In this document: piece after piece, positions 50,992-63,048 of the stretch
Layout: every line of letters begins with the position of its first letter
Numbering within the stretch: the first letter of the stretch is position 1
From: Octopus sinensis
Taxonomy: Eukaryota
Length of the DNA: 64,000 nucleotides
Direction: 5' to 3'
Assembly: GCF_006345805.1 (NCBI RefSeq)
Contig: NC_043012.1
Span: 23,002,001 to 23,066,000 of the forward strand
Program-made: the position numbers and the translations under genes
Notes under the pieces: generated by a model
The model's input: only the letters and a program-made list of their open reading frames with translations
Told to the model about the DNA's origin: nothing
The model's database searches: none

Positions 50992-52203
50992 ACATGACAG
51001 AAGTAAATAGACACCCTTATTATCATTAAAATTTACTTATATCTGAAATTATACATTTAAATCATTAATTATTTAGTAGACATGTCCTTTGCATTTTCTG
51101 TACAAGGATCCTATAAGGCATGCCACTGATCAGATGACAAATATTCTCTTGGGGCATTTCTTGCTAAGTTTCCTGCAGTAATCTCAAAAGATCCAGCTTT
51201 GAGGATGCTTTCTTGTTCATTTTATGAAATGTCCTGTCCATTATGCCCCAAAGGTGTTCAACAGGGTTCATATCTGGTAACTGGCTTGGCCGTGGAAGAT
51301 TTTTAACGCCTTTCTTTTCCAACCAATCTTGGTTCTTTTTAACTGTGTGACAAGGAACCCCATCTTCCATAAACAAAGAGTCTTTTAATCATTTCACCAC
51401 TGGAGAAGATTGGAAGGAATCCTTCCTGCAATATGGACACATATTTATCAGAGTTTAAGTTTCCTTCACACTCCACTAGTTCTGATCAACCATAGCTCCA
51501 AATTGCTACCCAGACAATCAAAGAATAGATTCCTTGTTTTATTGTTGGCAGCAATCTTTTCATGTCAAATTCTTGATCACAGAATCTCCAAGCATACACT
51601 CAACCACTGTCAGAAAATACAGCAAATCTGCACTCATCAAAGAATATGACAGTGTCCCAAAATGCTAGTGGCCACTCCATTATCTCACTGGCCCAGTCAT
51701 TTCTCTACTTGATATTGGCTAATAGAAGAAGTGGCATTCTTCTTATTGCTTTTCCATAGTAGCCAAGTTGGTGGAGATACCTGACAGCTGTTCTGAGACT
51801 GACATCAACTTGCTCTGCTATGTCAGAGGCCTTGCAATGAGGATTATCCTCCACACTTCACTTAACAAAGCAAAAGAACCTATCAGAGGGTTCTGATCAA
51901 CCTGGGCAAGGTGATAAGGACTCCTTCTCCTGTCTGGTGAATTGCACAATCACCCTATTAACTGTAGAAAGTGGAATCCCAAGATTTTCTGCAATTTTAC
52001 ACAAAATTCACCTTCAGATTGATCCACAATACAGCCTCTTTTAAATTTGGACAGTTCCAAGGCTTCTTTTGTATGTGGCATGATTAAACAGTCACATATA
52101 GAATCCGAAGCATAAAAATATCCATTAATGAAAAATATAAACCTTTCCAAGTTAAAATGAACAAAATGATGTTTTATGGGGTATCTATTTACTTCTGTCA
52201 TGT
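50992..52203 (-). mobile_element. Tc1 (DD34E) DNA transposon, near full length, decayed transposase
   Basis: 25-bp TIRs ACATGACAGAAGTAAATAGACACCC / GGGTATCTATTTACTTCTGTCATGT. Minus-strand peptides MPHTKEALELSKFKRGCIV.. (ATG 52081), [16 protein letters not shown] (HTH), WDTVIFFDE, and FMEDGVPCHT..PDMNPVEHLW with 34 residues between D and E. Multiple stops and frameshifts. Confidence 0.92.
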
Positions 52204-52223
52204 GTGTGTGTATATGTATGTAT

Positions 52224-52584
52224 ATACTAGCTGTTGGAGCCGGCATTGCTCGTGTTTCCCATGTTGAAGTTAAGCCCACCTCAGACCCTGTATTGAATAA
52301 GCATTTCATTAGAGGCTATTCTATTGATTTTGTTGAAATTCTTACATGTGAAAAAATGCAAAAACTGCAGGAAAAATAACATCGTTATGGGAATTTCTAT
52401 TCAAACGACTGGGCTCACAAAAATTGATGCCAACTGAGCATTATAGAGTTTTCAAAAAATTCTGGCCTTATTTGAACTTCAGGGTACATGCTCTACATAA
52501 GTACCAAAAATCACTAAAACCGGTTGGACAGTGTGGGAGGAGTTAGAGTAACCCCAAACACACACACACACCATTACACATTTA

Positions 52585-52619
<35 letters not shown>

Positions 52620-52620
52620 C
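52224..52620 (+). mobile_element. Non-autonomous Helitron/Helentron-like (Lep1/DINE-style) element
   Basis: Starts TACTAGCTGTTGGAGCCGGCATTGCTCG. 3' block TCACTAAAACCGGTTGGACAGTGTGGGAGGAGTTAGAG.AA..CAAAC followed by (AC)n, the layout I recall for Lep1-type elements. Classification is from memory. Confidence 0.55.
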
Positions 52621-52689
52621 TTGTTTGTAGAAAACATAGATCTGAAAGAAGTACACTTTAATATATATCTATACACACACATGTATATA

Positions 52690-53388
52690 CAGGGTGCGGT
52701 GAATAAACTGTCGTCTATATTACACAAAGATGAAAGTAACACTGACATTTCATTTTAACAGATATATTTATCAAAATCACATAAAAATATCTTGAAATAC
52801 TAAAGAGTAAATTAATTCATTAAAATCAAGGGGGTTGCAGTCTGGTGTGTTAGGTGGTCAGATGTTAAGGGTGAAGTGGTTACAGAAATTATCTGACAGT
52901 GATGACTGGGTTCTCCTGCTTGTGTGGCATGGTGCAAAAACCTGTTGCCAGACATAGGGTCTTCCAGTAGCCACCCTCTTCACCCAAGACAGCACTATCT
53001 CCTCCAGGCACTTGATGTAGGCCTCCGTGTTGAGTCTGAGACCATGTGGGAAGATGAATGGAGGCATAATGTTGCCATCACTAGTGATGACTCCAAACAC
53101 TATTATGTTGACTGAATGTTTGATTTTTATCACTCTCTGTACATGCTGTCAGATTCACACCCAAACACTCTGAAATGTTCATATTGGAGTATCCAGCACA
53201 AATGCCAAGCAGTACAGCATGTTATTTCCAAATTTCTGGCAGGGTAAATTGCATCATGGTGTTGTTTTTCTCACAGACAGTGCCCAACTGTCCCTTCTAT
53301 ACTGTGTAGTTGATAAAATCAAAAACAAACAATTCACATTCATGAAATTAAAAATATAAAATGGCGACAATTTAACCCTCACACCCTG
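52690..53388 (-). mobile_element. Internally deleted maT-type (DD37D) mariner
   Basis: TA-CAGGGTG..AA(C/T)TGTCG imperfect TIRs with TA TSDs. Peptide VFGVITSDGNIMPPFIFPHGLRLNTEAYIKCLEE..WQQ[V]FAPCHTSRRTQS..I*PPNTPDCNPLDF gives 37-residue spacing. Short N-terminus MMQFTLPEIWK*HAVLLGI.. fused at about 53135. Confidence 0.88.
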
Positions 53389-53404
53389 TATATGCTATTG
53401 GACT

Positions 53405-53594
53405 ATAGGCATACTGGGACACTACCTTAAAAGGTTTTAGCTGGAGAAATGTACCCCAGTATTTTTATGTTTTTTAACCTGGTACTTATCTGTCTCTTAT
53501 GCTGAACTGCTAAGTTACAGGAATGTTAACAAACCAACACAAGTTGTCAAGTAGTGATGGAGTACAAACACAAAAATGCACACACATACATGCA

Positions 53595-53625
<31 letters not shown>
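53405..53625 (-). mobile_element. SINE family B 3' half
   Basis: GCTGAACTGCTAAGTTAC..GTTGTCAAG.AGTG blocks. Confidence 0.75.
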
Positions 53626-53626
<1 letters not shown>

Positions 53627-54704
53627 TGAATAATGTCAATGATTTCTTAGCATTCTTAAACTCTTAAACAAAGAATTGCAGAATTAATACAACAATACAA
53701 GAATTAAAACAAAAGCATATCCTGACAATTTCTCTTCAATTCAAAAATTATTTCACCTGACATTTTAAAGCATATATCAATGTGAAGATTCTCCAAAGTT
53801 AGAAATGGAAAAAGGAAAATCATCCACCAACAAAACACAAGAAATAAGTAATTTAATGTTAATACTCAATAAAATTGAAGAGTTACAATTAATGTGTAGT
53901 TGTGGAGTGAAAGCTTAATCAGCAGAATTTGTAAAATGGTATATGAATGTGTGTGTGTGCATGTCTATGTGAATGTGTGTATGTGTACACACATGCAAAA
54001 GCTAACAGAAGCATATATATAAAATGACATTTCAACATTATCTACAGTTAAAGATGAAAAATAATCAAGGCAAATTAAAACGTCTTACAGAACGAAAAAA
54101 AAGAAATAGATAAATTCTTTTCACTCAATGTTCATAAAAGCAATTTTTGCCGGCTCTTTTCAACAGATCAGAAATCCCAGCAAAAGTAATCTAGATACAG
54201 TTGTTAAAGAAATTCTAGACAATAAAGAAAGGAGTCAGGTAATCCACAAATTTAAAACATATGGATCAGCTCTATGCCATCCTTGTAATTAACCAAAATC
54301 TCTTAAGCATTGTATCTTCTGGAAGAACACACATGGATGATTTACAAACTGATTGTAATGTATACCACAAGATCTGTCTCCTTCATTGCCAGGATGTATG
54401 AAGAAATGCAAAATGAGCAAATTTTCTACGTAAGGTGACAATTTTCTGATATGTTGATTCTTTCAATTTGCTCTGAACATCACAAAGGAATTCTTATTCA
54501 AAGATGGTCAAACCTGGATATAATTTGCTCCAGGCCACTCAATTTCCATTTTGATGGCAAAATAGTTTGGTTTGGTGAAAAGATGGCTAAAAGGCTCCTC
54601 AACACTGGACAGAGTTTCTGGTATTGATGATTACTCAATGTGTGTGCGAGGGTGTGTGGCATCATCATCATTGTTTAATGTCAAGCTTCCATGCTGGTAT
54701 GGTT

Positions 54705-54807
54705 ATGTGTATATATATATATATATACATATATAGATATATATAATATATATATATATATAACTATATATATACATATATATATACATATATATATACA
54801 TATAATA

Positions 54808-54839
<32 letters not shown>

Positions 54840-54859
54840 GCATATATATATACATTATA

Positions 54860-54910
<51 letters not shown>

Positions 54911-55035
54911 TACATTACATATATTTACATATATACATATATATATATATATATATAATATCTAATTATATATATATATATATACATAATATATATAATA
55001 TAACATATATATATATATATCTATATATATACATA

Positions 55036-55067
<32 letters not shown>

Positions 55068-55070
55068 TTA
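54705..55070. repeat. (TA)n-rich microsatellite field
   Basis: Direct reading. Confidence 0.95.
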
Positions 55071-55384
55071 CATACACACTGAATGTACCTGTGTGTGTTC
55101 ATAAGTATACATATATGCATAAATATATATTTTTAAATATTAATTATAAGAAAGGATAAAAATCATTAATGATTTTACCAGGAGGTCAGCACAGAAATAA
55201 AAACCTTACAGGTAAATTTTACAAATATTTAATAAATATTTTATAATTATGTATATAATTATAAAATATTTTTAGGTCAAAACATATCTAAGTTTATCTA
55301 AGTTTATATACAGAGATAGATATATATGTACACACACACACACCACACACACACACATATGCACACACACACACACCATTTATT

Positions 55385-55615
55385 TATACATATATATGTG
55401 TGTGTGAGTATGTGCTTATCCTCCACCACTGCTTGCCAACTAGTGTTGTTTTGTTTACATCCCTGCAACTTAGCGGTTCAGCAAAAAGAAACACCAATAA
55501 AATAAGTATCGGGATCAGAAAAAAAAGATACTATGATCAATTTGTTTGACTTAAATCTCTTGAAGTCCCAGCATGGCCACAGTTTAATGACTGAAAGGAG
55601 TAAAAGATAAAAGAT
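55385..55615 (+). mobile_element. SINE family B 3' half
   Basis: CTTAGCGGTTCAGCAAAA..CAGCATGGCCACAG..GACTGAAAGGAGTAAAAG. Confidence 0.75.
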
Positions 55616-56411
55616 ATACATTTATACACACACACATATATACAGATATGTACACATATACATTTATACACATATGTATACATACACATTTATAATCACA
55701 TACATGCATGCACATATATACAGATATGTACACATATACACTTATATTCACACACACACACACTTATGTACATATATGTACACATATACATTTATACTCA
55801 CATACAGATATGTACATATATACACTTATACTCACACACACACACATATACAGATATGTACACATACATCTATACTCACACACACACACGTGTGTGTTAT
55901 ATATATATATATATAAACCCCCCACATACACACACACATAGATGCAGAAACTAAAGATGATAGCTTGAAATATATGGCATAAGAAACATCACAGAAGAAA
56001 GAAGACCCCACTCTGATACTTAGTCTGATAAAAAAAAACAATATGATTTTTTTCATAATGGTAAGGAAAATGGGTTAATAGTTCCTGCAACCTCTGTGAC
56101 CTCATTAATGCTAGAAATAGCTTGGTAAATATATATTGGAGCTAAAATTGAATAAATGGGTCATAAAAGTTCAATATTTGTTGGTGTTGTTTAATACAAG
56201 GTGGAGCAGAAGCATAAACCATTCCGGTCATGACCATCCCACCTTTTCATCCAAGTTTATCATTCTTTTACTAAGATATTAGGAATTCGATGTGAGGGGA
56301 TTCAGTTGATGGTTTCCGCAGATTGTGTTTCCACAAAGACCCTCATTGGTTCTAGAATGTTCAATTTATTACCTGAAATGCCAGCAAATAATTTTTCTGT
56401 GTCTTCCCTTA

Positions 56412-56775
56412 GGCCTGGTTGTGTGGTTAAGAAGGCCGCTTTGTGACCACAGGGCTTTGGTTTCAGTTCCTCTGTGCAGCACCTTGGGCAGGTGTCTTCT
56501 ATTACTGATTTGGGCTGACCAATGCCTTGTGAGTGCATTTGAGAGACAGAATCAGTGTGTGTGTGTGTATGTATTTTGGTGTTAGTGTTTGTCACCCCAC
56601 CATTGATTGACATCAAGAGGTGGTTTCTTCAAATCACCCTTAACAAAAGAGCCCAAGAGAATAGATACCAGATTGTCGAATAAATATTGGATGGTGTCTG
56701 TTCAATTAAAATCCCTCAAAGCAGTGCTGTAGCATGGCCACAATGCAATGTATAAAACAAGTAAAACATAAAAGA
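56412..56775 (+). mobile_element. SINE family B, old
   Basis: GGTTGTGTGGTTAAGAAG head, GCACCTTGGGCAGGTG, GCATGGCCACA tail. Confidence 0.8.
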
Positions 56776-57690
56776 TGAAAAGCCAGGGACTAAAATTATA
56801 ATTAGCAAATGTAAAAGAAAATCTCATTCTATAAAATAGTGAAAATGTTGTCAGATGGTTCCAAAAATGCTTCTAATAGCCATTTTCTCAGCAGCTAAAG
56901 AGAGGGTGAGAGAAGAGAGCGATGGCTAGCAATTACCTTCAAGGTACAAGGTGAATATGAGAGACAGAATAAGGATAGGGGAACAGAAAAGGTGTGTCTG
57001 TGTGTGTGTATACATATATATATATATATATATAATATATTAATACACATACACACACACAGCAGTAGCCAAAATAGCGAAAGAAATGCAAATTACAAAG
57101 TAACATTAATTTAGATACCATAGAACTTCAAAATTGACAGACAGTGATAGGTTTATCTCTCTCTCTCCGTCTCTCAAGTGTTCAGAATTCCAGAAGAAAA
57201 TGTTTTATGTGACTCTGGTGAAGAAAGACAGATTAAATGTAACTGAACAAACACCCTTACACCTAGTAGAGATTTTGCAAAATCAGACATTTTTCAATCC
57301 AAAACCTCAATATCAAACTACCCACAAAATCACCCCAACTTCTAAATGACTGGTAATTCATCATATTGAGACTTGAAGAAGAAGAACAAAAATAAATAAA
57401 TAAAAATAAACACGTATCTTTCTAAAGAAATACCTAAACAAGAAAAAGAAAAAAGCAAAAAAAAAAAAAAAAGCCCGAAGATTTTCCAGAATGGTAATCC
57501 TGGAACCTAAATCATGTTTTGTGGACATTATAAGTACAGATACAGCTTCTAGCGGCTTCAAACTTTCCAACAATTGAAATTTACGATAAACTGAAACCCG
57601 TAATCAATGATTTTATGGTATAATTCATTTTTTCTGCGGCAAAGAAGTGGCGGTGTCTTTATCTACGATATCTTCTTAGAATCAACCAAA

Positions 57691-57712
57691 CCAATATGGG
57701 GCGGGGGGAGGG
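57691..57712 (+). promoter_or_regulatory. Adjacent CCAAT box and GC box (possible promoter element)
   Basis: CCAATATGGGGCGGGGGGAGGG in a locally CpG-containing unique stretch; motif only. Confidence 0.2.
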
Positions 57713-57932
57713 GAGTCAATTGAATGGCTTCTTTGAATCATCGAAGGTTTTGTCAGCAATAAATATTGGAATATCTATTATTATCATTCAAATTAGTCTT
57801 GAATGGAGACTTTTCTTACAAATTATGTTATTATTATTATTATTCTTTTTTTGTATATATATTTCTTATCCTGATTTAACTAGGTTCAAATCTGCAAATA
57901 TAAATGTAAGATATATAGGCCATATGTTACAA

Positions 57933-57991
<59 letters not shown>

Positions 57992-58013
57992 TATATGCAT
58001 GCATATATATGCG

Positions 58014-58045
<32 letters not shown>

Positions 58046-58204
58046 TGAATATGTACATTCCAAGATGGATATACATACAGACAGGTATAGGTATTACATA
58101 CATACATACATACATATATATACACATATTTATATACATGTATGTATGTATGTATATATATATATATGTATGTATATCTCCACACCTACATATCATATTC
58201 CAGT

Positions 58205-58900
58205 ATCATCATCATCATCATCATTTAATATCCATGTTCCAAACTTGCATGGGTTGGACAGTTTGCTAGCATCTGACAAGTCAGAGGGATGTGTTGGTGT
58301 CTAGCAAATGCTTTGGCAAGGTTTCTTGCTAGATGCTCTTCCTAATGCTAAGCCCGTTACAGTGAACTGGGTGCTTTGTCTCATGGCAACGGCATAAGTC
58401 GAGTCACCGAGCAAGCCACAAGATAAGACCTCTTCACGGGGTTGGGGTGCAGAGTTGAGGTGCATCATGCCAGGTGTAGATAGGTAAAGTAGACAAGAGG
58501 GACAAGAACAGGTGTCTTGCTGTAAAGGGGAGACATTGCTACCTCGAGTAGGGGGGAGAGAGAAAGAATAATGATAATGCATCAAGCCATACCATCAAGG
58601 AACAAGAAAGTAAATAGAGAGAGATTAGGGCAGTGAACTGAGGGTGGATGGGTGGGTAGGTAGGAGGAAAGGTGAAGTGTAGGTAAGACATAGGATGCAT
58701 AGTGATAAAGACAGGGGTCAGGTGTACATAGAAGTGAATATAGAGAGTTACAAAAAAGGGGTCTTCATGGTAGAGATGACATTCAGTTGACATGAAATGG
58801 TAAAGGATTATATTGGGAGTATGGGATGAGGGATGAGGGGAGTGGTTCCAAAAAGAGCACAAACAGGTGAAAGAATAAGGGCTGTTCTGCTCCCAACTAA
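58205..58900 (-). mobile_element. Old retroelement with RTE-type tail and long pyrimidine-rich body
   Basis: (CAT)n-TTTAATATCCATG..CATGGGTTGGAC..GCTAGATGCTCTTCCTAATGC tail; body loosely similar to 11400-11600. Confidence 0.5.
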
Positions 58901-59180
58901 TGACAGTAACTGAGTAATAGTGCCTCAGTTGAGGGAAGGACGGGTGTTGTGAGGGTGTGTTGCTGACAAAGTTTCACAGGCTGCAGGAAGGAAAGGGCAC
59001 AAATATTACCAATATCTGTTTTGGACCTCATTTTTGCTAAGATGGATGGGTCTTCTCAAGTATGGCCATATATATATCTATACACCAATATATATATAAA
59101 TGTACACACACACCACATACATATATATACACACACACATATGTGTATACATACACATTCACATAGCTGTACATATACAT

Positions 59181-59414
59181 AAGGTGGTGAGCTGGCAGAA
59201 ATGTTAGCACACCGGGCGAAATGCTTAGCAGTATTTCGTCTGCCGCTACGTTCTGAGTTCAAATTCCGCCGAGGTCGACTTTGCCTTTCATCCTTTCGGG
59301 GTTGATAAATTAAGTACCAGTTACGCACTGGGGTTGATGTAATCAACTTAATCCCTTTGTCTGTTCTTGTTCGTCCCCCTCTATGTTTAGCCCCTTGTGG
59401 GAAGTAAAGAAATA
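59181..59414 (+). mobile_element. SINE family A (A1), young
   Basis: Homologous to 954-1184. Confidence 0.92.
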
Positions 59415-59655
59415 TATATGTCTATGTCCTTTAAGTTCGTTTATGGGAAACGTTTTTGAGTACGTATATAAAAGCTCCCATTTTATTATTCCGGCAGCAG
59501 CCCAATGAAACCAACTGGCAATAGCAGTGTTTTGAGGTTGTATCAAGCTGTGCTGATATAAAGAAGGATAAATATGGTAATAATAATTCCAGGAATCTAG
59601 ACTATGGTCGTAAGAAACATGTGATATGTGAAAACATGTGTAGCAATGCATAGAG

Positions 59656-59851
59656 TTGTTAGCACGCTGGGTGAAATGCTTAGCGATATTTCATCTGTTG
59701 CCACATTCTGAGTTCAAATTCCACTGTGGTCAGCTTTGCCTTTCATCCTTTCGGGGTGGATAAATGAAATACCAGTGAAACACTGGGGTTGATGTAATCA
59801 ACTAGTCCCCTTCTACAAAATTTCAGGCCTTGTGCCTTTAGTAGAAAGGAC
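59656..59851 (+). mobile_element. SINE family A (A2)
   Basis: GAGTTCAAATTCC, GCCTTTCATCCTTTCGGGG, AAAATTTCAGGCCTTGTGCC tail. Confidence 0.85.
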
Positions 59852-59852
59852 T

Positions 59853-59903
<51 letters not shown>

Positions 59904-60014
59904 TTCTACTATAGCCCAAGGCTGACCAAAGCCCTGTGAGAGGATTTGGTAGACAGAAACTGAAAGAAGTTCATTTTATATATATATATATATATATACA
60001 CATATATATATTTA

Positions 60015-60520
60015 GAGGGGTGCATAAGGTATTTGAGGACATACCTTTTTTTGGATCATTGCTGCATTTTTTGCTAACTCCGTATAATCTTTGTTTCAGA
60101 AAATAATAATGGCAGACCCACAACTTACTCAAGAAAGAAAGAAGCATGCTGTTATTGTGGTTATAAAGGCTGAGCATAGCGATTTAGAAATGTCTCAATT
60201 TAAAAAAGTTGCCAGATATTTTGTCTACTAAGTCTGTAAGGAGCTAGAGACTGAAGATGGAATGTATCACCAGTATGAAAGCATAAAAGGCATTCTAAAT
60301 GCTCTGAAATCATCAGAACACCTGAATTTATCCAGGAAGTTCAACAGACCATTGATCACAATCCCAGAAAGTCCATGAGGTCAATTGCAAAAGATCTCCA
60401 AGTATCAGAAGGAAGAGTGAGAAATGTTGTTCACAAATACATCAGATATAAGACATATGGAGAGGAAAGGTCAATTTATCAGAAAAAGCAAAAGCAAAAT
60501 TGCCTCAACAAACTCTGACC
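60015..60520 (+). mobile_element. 5' part of a maT/mariner-like element, decayed N-terminal HTH region
   Basis: MADPQLTQERKKHAVIVVIKAEHSDLEMSQF..RTPEFIQEVQQTIDHNPRKSMRSIAKDLQVSEGRVRNVVHKYIRYKTY, with frameshifts and stops. Starts TA-GAGGGGTG. Confidence 0.75.
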
Positions 60521-61124
60521 CATGAAAGCACGGAGTCATGGATATATGATGATGATGACGACGACAATAACGCTCTCCTCAACACAAACCACAGCATAGC
60601 TTTGGATAGTTTGTTAATTAGACTGAGACAAATGTAGATTTTTTGATATAACCATTTCCATGGTGAAATTTATAAGTGAAGACTTAACAAAATGAATAGT
60701 CCATCAGATTTATAATCAGATATTATGCTTTATTGTTCCAAATAATTAAAATAAAATATAAAAAAAAACAAAAACAGACCAATCTTAAGTTATTGACTTT
60801 GCTGTTACACGACTCTTTAAAATAGAAGCCACTTCATATACGCAAGGTGTTTACAAAATATAACTTCTAAGGCGTCACCATATACACAATAAAAACAATT
60901 TGAACATTCTGAAATTATAACATGTAAGATAACATTAGGCTATTTGTATTTATTTTCCATATTTCCTATTATTTTTGCAAAAAAAAACATCTGTCACATT
61001 ATTTTAGTAAAGCTTCAGTGTTGACACAATTCAGAATTAAACATCATTGGATAATAATTGTCTGCTTCTTTATAAATGCTTCTGCTTCTGAAAACTTCTT
61101 GCAGATTCACAAACAACTTATCTT

Positions 61125-61763
61125 TTACTTGGTTCAGTCATTAGACTGCGACCATGCTGGAGCATAGCCTAGAAGAATTTTAGTCAAATAAATTAACCTC
61201 CAATACTTATTTCTTTAAAGCCTGGTATTTATTCTATCGTGTGGAGGCACATGGCTTAGTGGTTAGGGTGTCAGCACCATGATCATAAGATTGTGGTTTC
61301 GATTCCTGGACAGGGCGACGCGTTGTGTTCTTGAGCAAAACACTTCATTTCACGTTGTTCCAGTTCACTCAGCTGGCAAAAATGAGTAACACTGCGATAG
61401 ACTGGCGTCCCGTCCAGCTGGGGAACACATAAGTCATACAAACTGGAAAACCGGGCCCATGAGCCTGGCTACGCTTTAAAAGGGCACGTTTATTTATTAT
61501 ATTTATTCTATCAGTTTCTTTTGCTGAACTGCTAAGTTACAGGGACATGAACACACCAATACCAGTTGCCAAGGGGCTAAACAGAAACACACACATACAC
61601 ACACACGATGGGCTTCTTTCAGTTTCTATCGACAAAATCCATTCATAAGGCTCTTGTTGGCCTAGGGTTATGATAGAAGATGCTTGAGATGTCAGGCAGT
61701 GGGACTGAACATAGAACCATGTGGCTGGGAAGCAAACTTCTTACCACACAGCCATACCTGTTT
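61125..61763 (-). mobile_element. SINE family B interrupted by a family E SINE (61239-61499, plus)
   Basis: 13-bp TSD TATTTATTCTATC at 61226-61238 and 61500-61512. The insert has a tRNA-like head GGCACATGGCTTAGTGGTTAGGGTG..GTTTCGATTCC. Confidence 0.88.
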
Positions 61764-62185
61764 CAGACTCTGAAGTTTTAGAGAAAGACTCCATCCCTCC
61801 ATCTTCTTTGCTCAATATTCCTGGGAGGGTCATAGGAGGAGAGTCCTCAGGCACCTTCTGCATTGAGTCCATTGAAAAGCAATTGTTATTAGCTTTTTGC
61901 TGGTCAAACATAAAATCCAGTTTGGTTCTTGGCATGAATAAGACCACCAAAAACTGCAATATGAAAGGGGCTCAAGACAACAACCATACTGGATAATCCA
62001 ACGCCGGAGTTAACAAGGGATGCATTTGGATCTTTGGTAGAGTTGGGGAGAGGGGGGTCATTTTGAAAAATACTCTGCACTCTTCAGCCAATCTCAGAAG
62101 AACCAGTGACAAGCCTGAGAGGTGTAGTGTGGAGGCACAAAGGATGTGTGTCCCAAGATCCTGAAGAGAGCCCAGCATGGAACTA
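61758..62185 (-). CDS. Candidate exon of an unidentified gene (possible 5'UTR plus start MPRTKLDFMFDQQK..PEDSPPMTLPGILSKEDGGMESFSKTSESET)
   Basis: GC-richer unique block. Acceptors TTAACAG (exon from 62185) or CCCCTTTCATATTGCAG (from 61953); donor CAG|GTATGG at 61758/61757. One frame is open for about 150 codons except a TGA at 61974-61972. No family recognised and no partner exon identified. Confidence 0.35.
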
Positions 62186-62799
62186 CTGTTAAGATGAACG
62201 ATTAATCTTTACATAAAGCTGATGCTATTTGACGGAATTAGTTAGCTCATAGCTCTACACAAGTTTACAACACCAACACCATATCAGGCAATTCAGTTGT
62301 AGTTTATATCGCTAGCAGAATAAGAAGATCAACTTGACAGAAATAAAGTAATATCTTAAAACAGATTTTTGTCTGTAGCCTTAATTAACTTAATTTCTAT
62401 TGTATTTTCAGCAATTCTGATGGGAAGAAAAACAGACTAAACCAAACAAACAAAACTAAATTTTGAAGGTAATGAATAACCCATTAATGTACCTCATCTT
62501 GAAAAATGTAAAATTGTTGGTGGTTGACATCTGGGATAATTTTAGCAGCAAACCAAACAGGTAAGATGTATTAAGAATATGAATTTTAGTGTTTATTCAT
62601 AATGTTATTGTTTTTACACCTGTTATTTAAATTTACCTGCCCATAGAAGTCAAATTTAGTCAGAAAGATCAGCTAAAATTACGTAATTATAAACCACTGG
62701 CATATAAGCGCCCATTTACAAAGTTTCAAAGCTGTATGTAGAAAATTAACAAAGTTACAAGTAAATATTGTGGACACCCCACTTGAACCTGAATAAATC

Positions 62800-63048
62800 A
62801 AAATTAATGTGAACAGATAAGCATTACATTTGACAAATTAATCTGAACACTAAAGGGTTAATCCAGCTCAAATATGCTACTTGTTTTATGTTAAAACTGA
62901 CCAGATACAGCCTCACACACCAACCCTAAACATACACAAACACACCATTGAAATCTTGAAGCTACAAAATAATGCATGTTTAATTAAAAAGAAAATGAAT
63001 AAATAAGGATTATAAGTAACAGAATAATCATCAATGCCAGAGAGTTAA
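62800..63048 (+). mobile_element. Two tandem partial piggyBac-like MITE copies
   Basis: AATGTGAACAGATAAGCATTACATTTGACAAATTAATCTGAACACTAAAGGG-TTAA (62861), then a second copy ending AATGCCAGAGAG-TTAA (63048). Confidence 0.6.
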
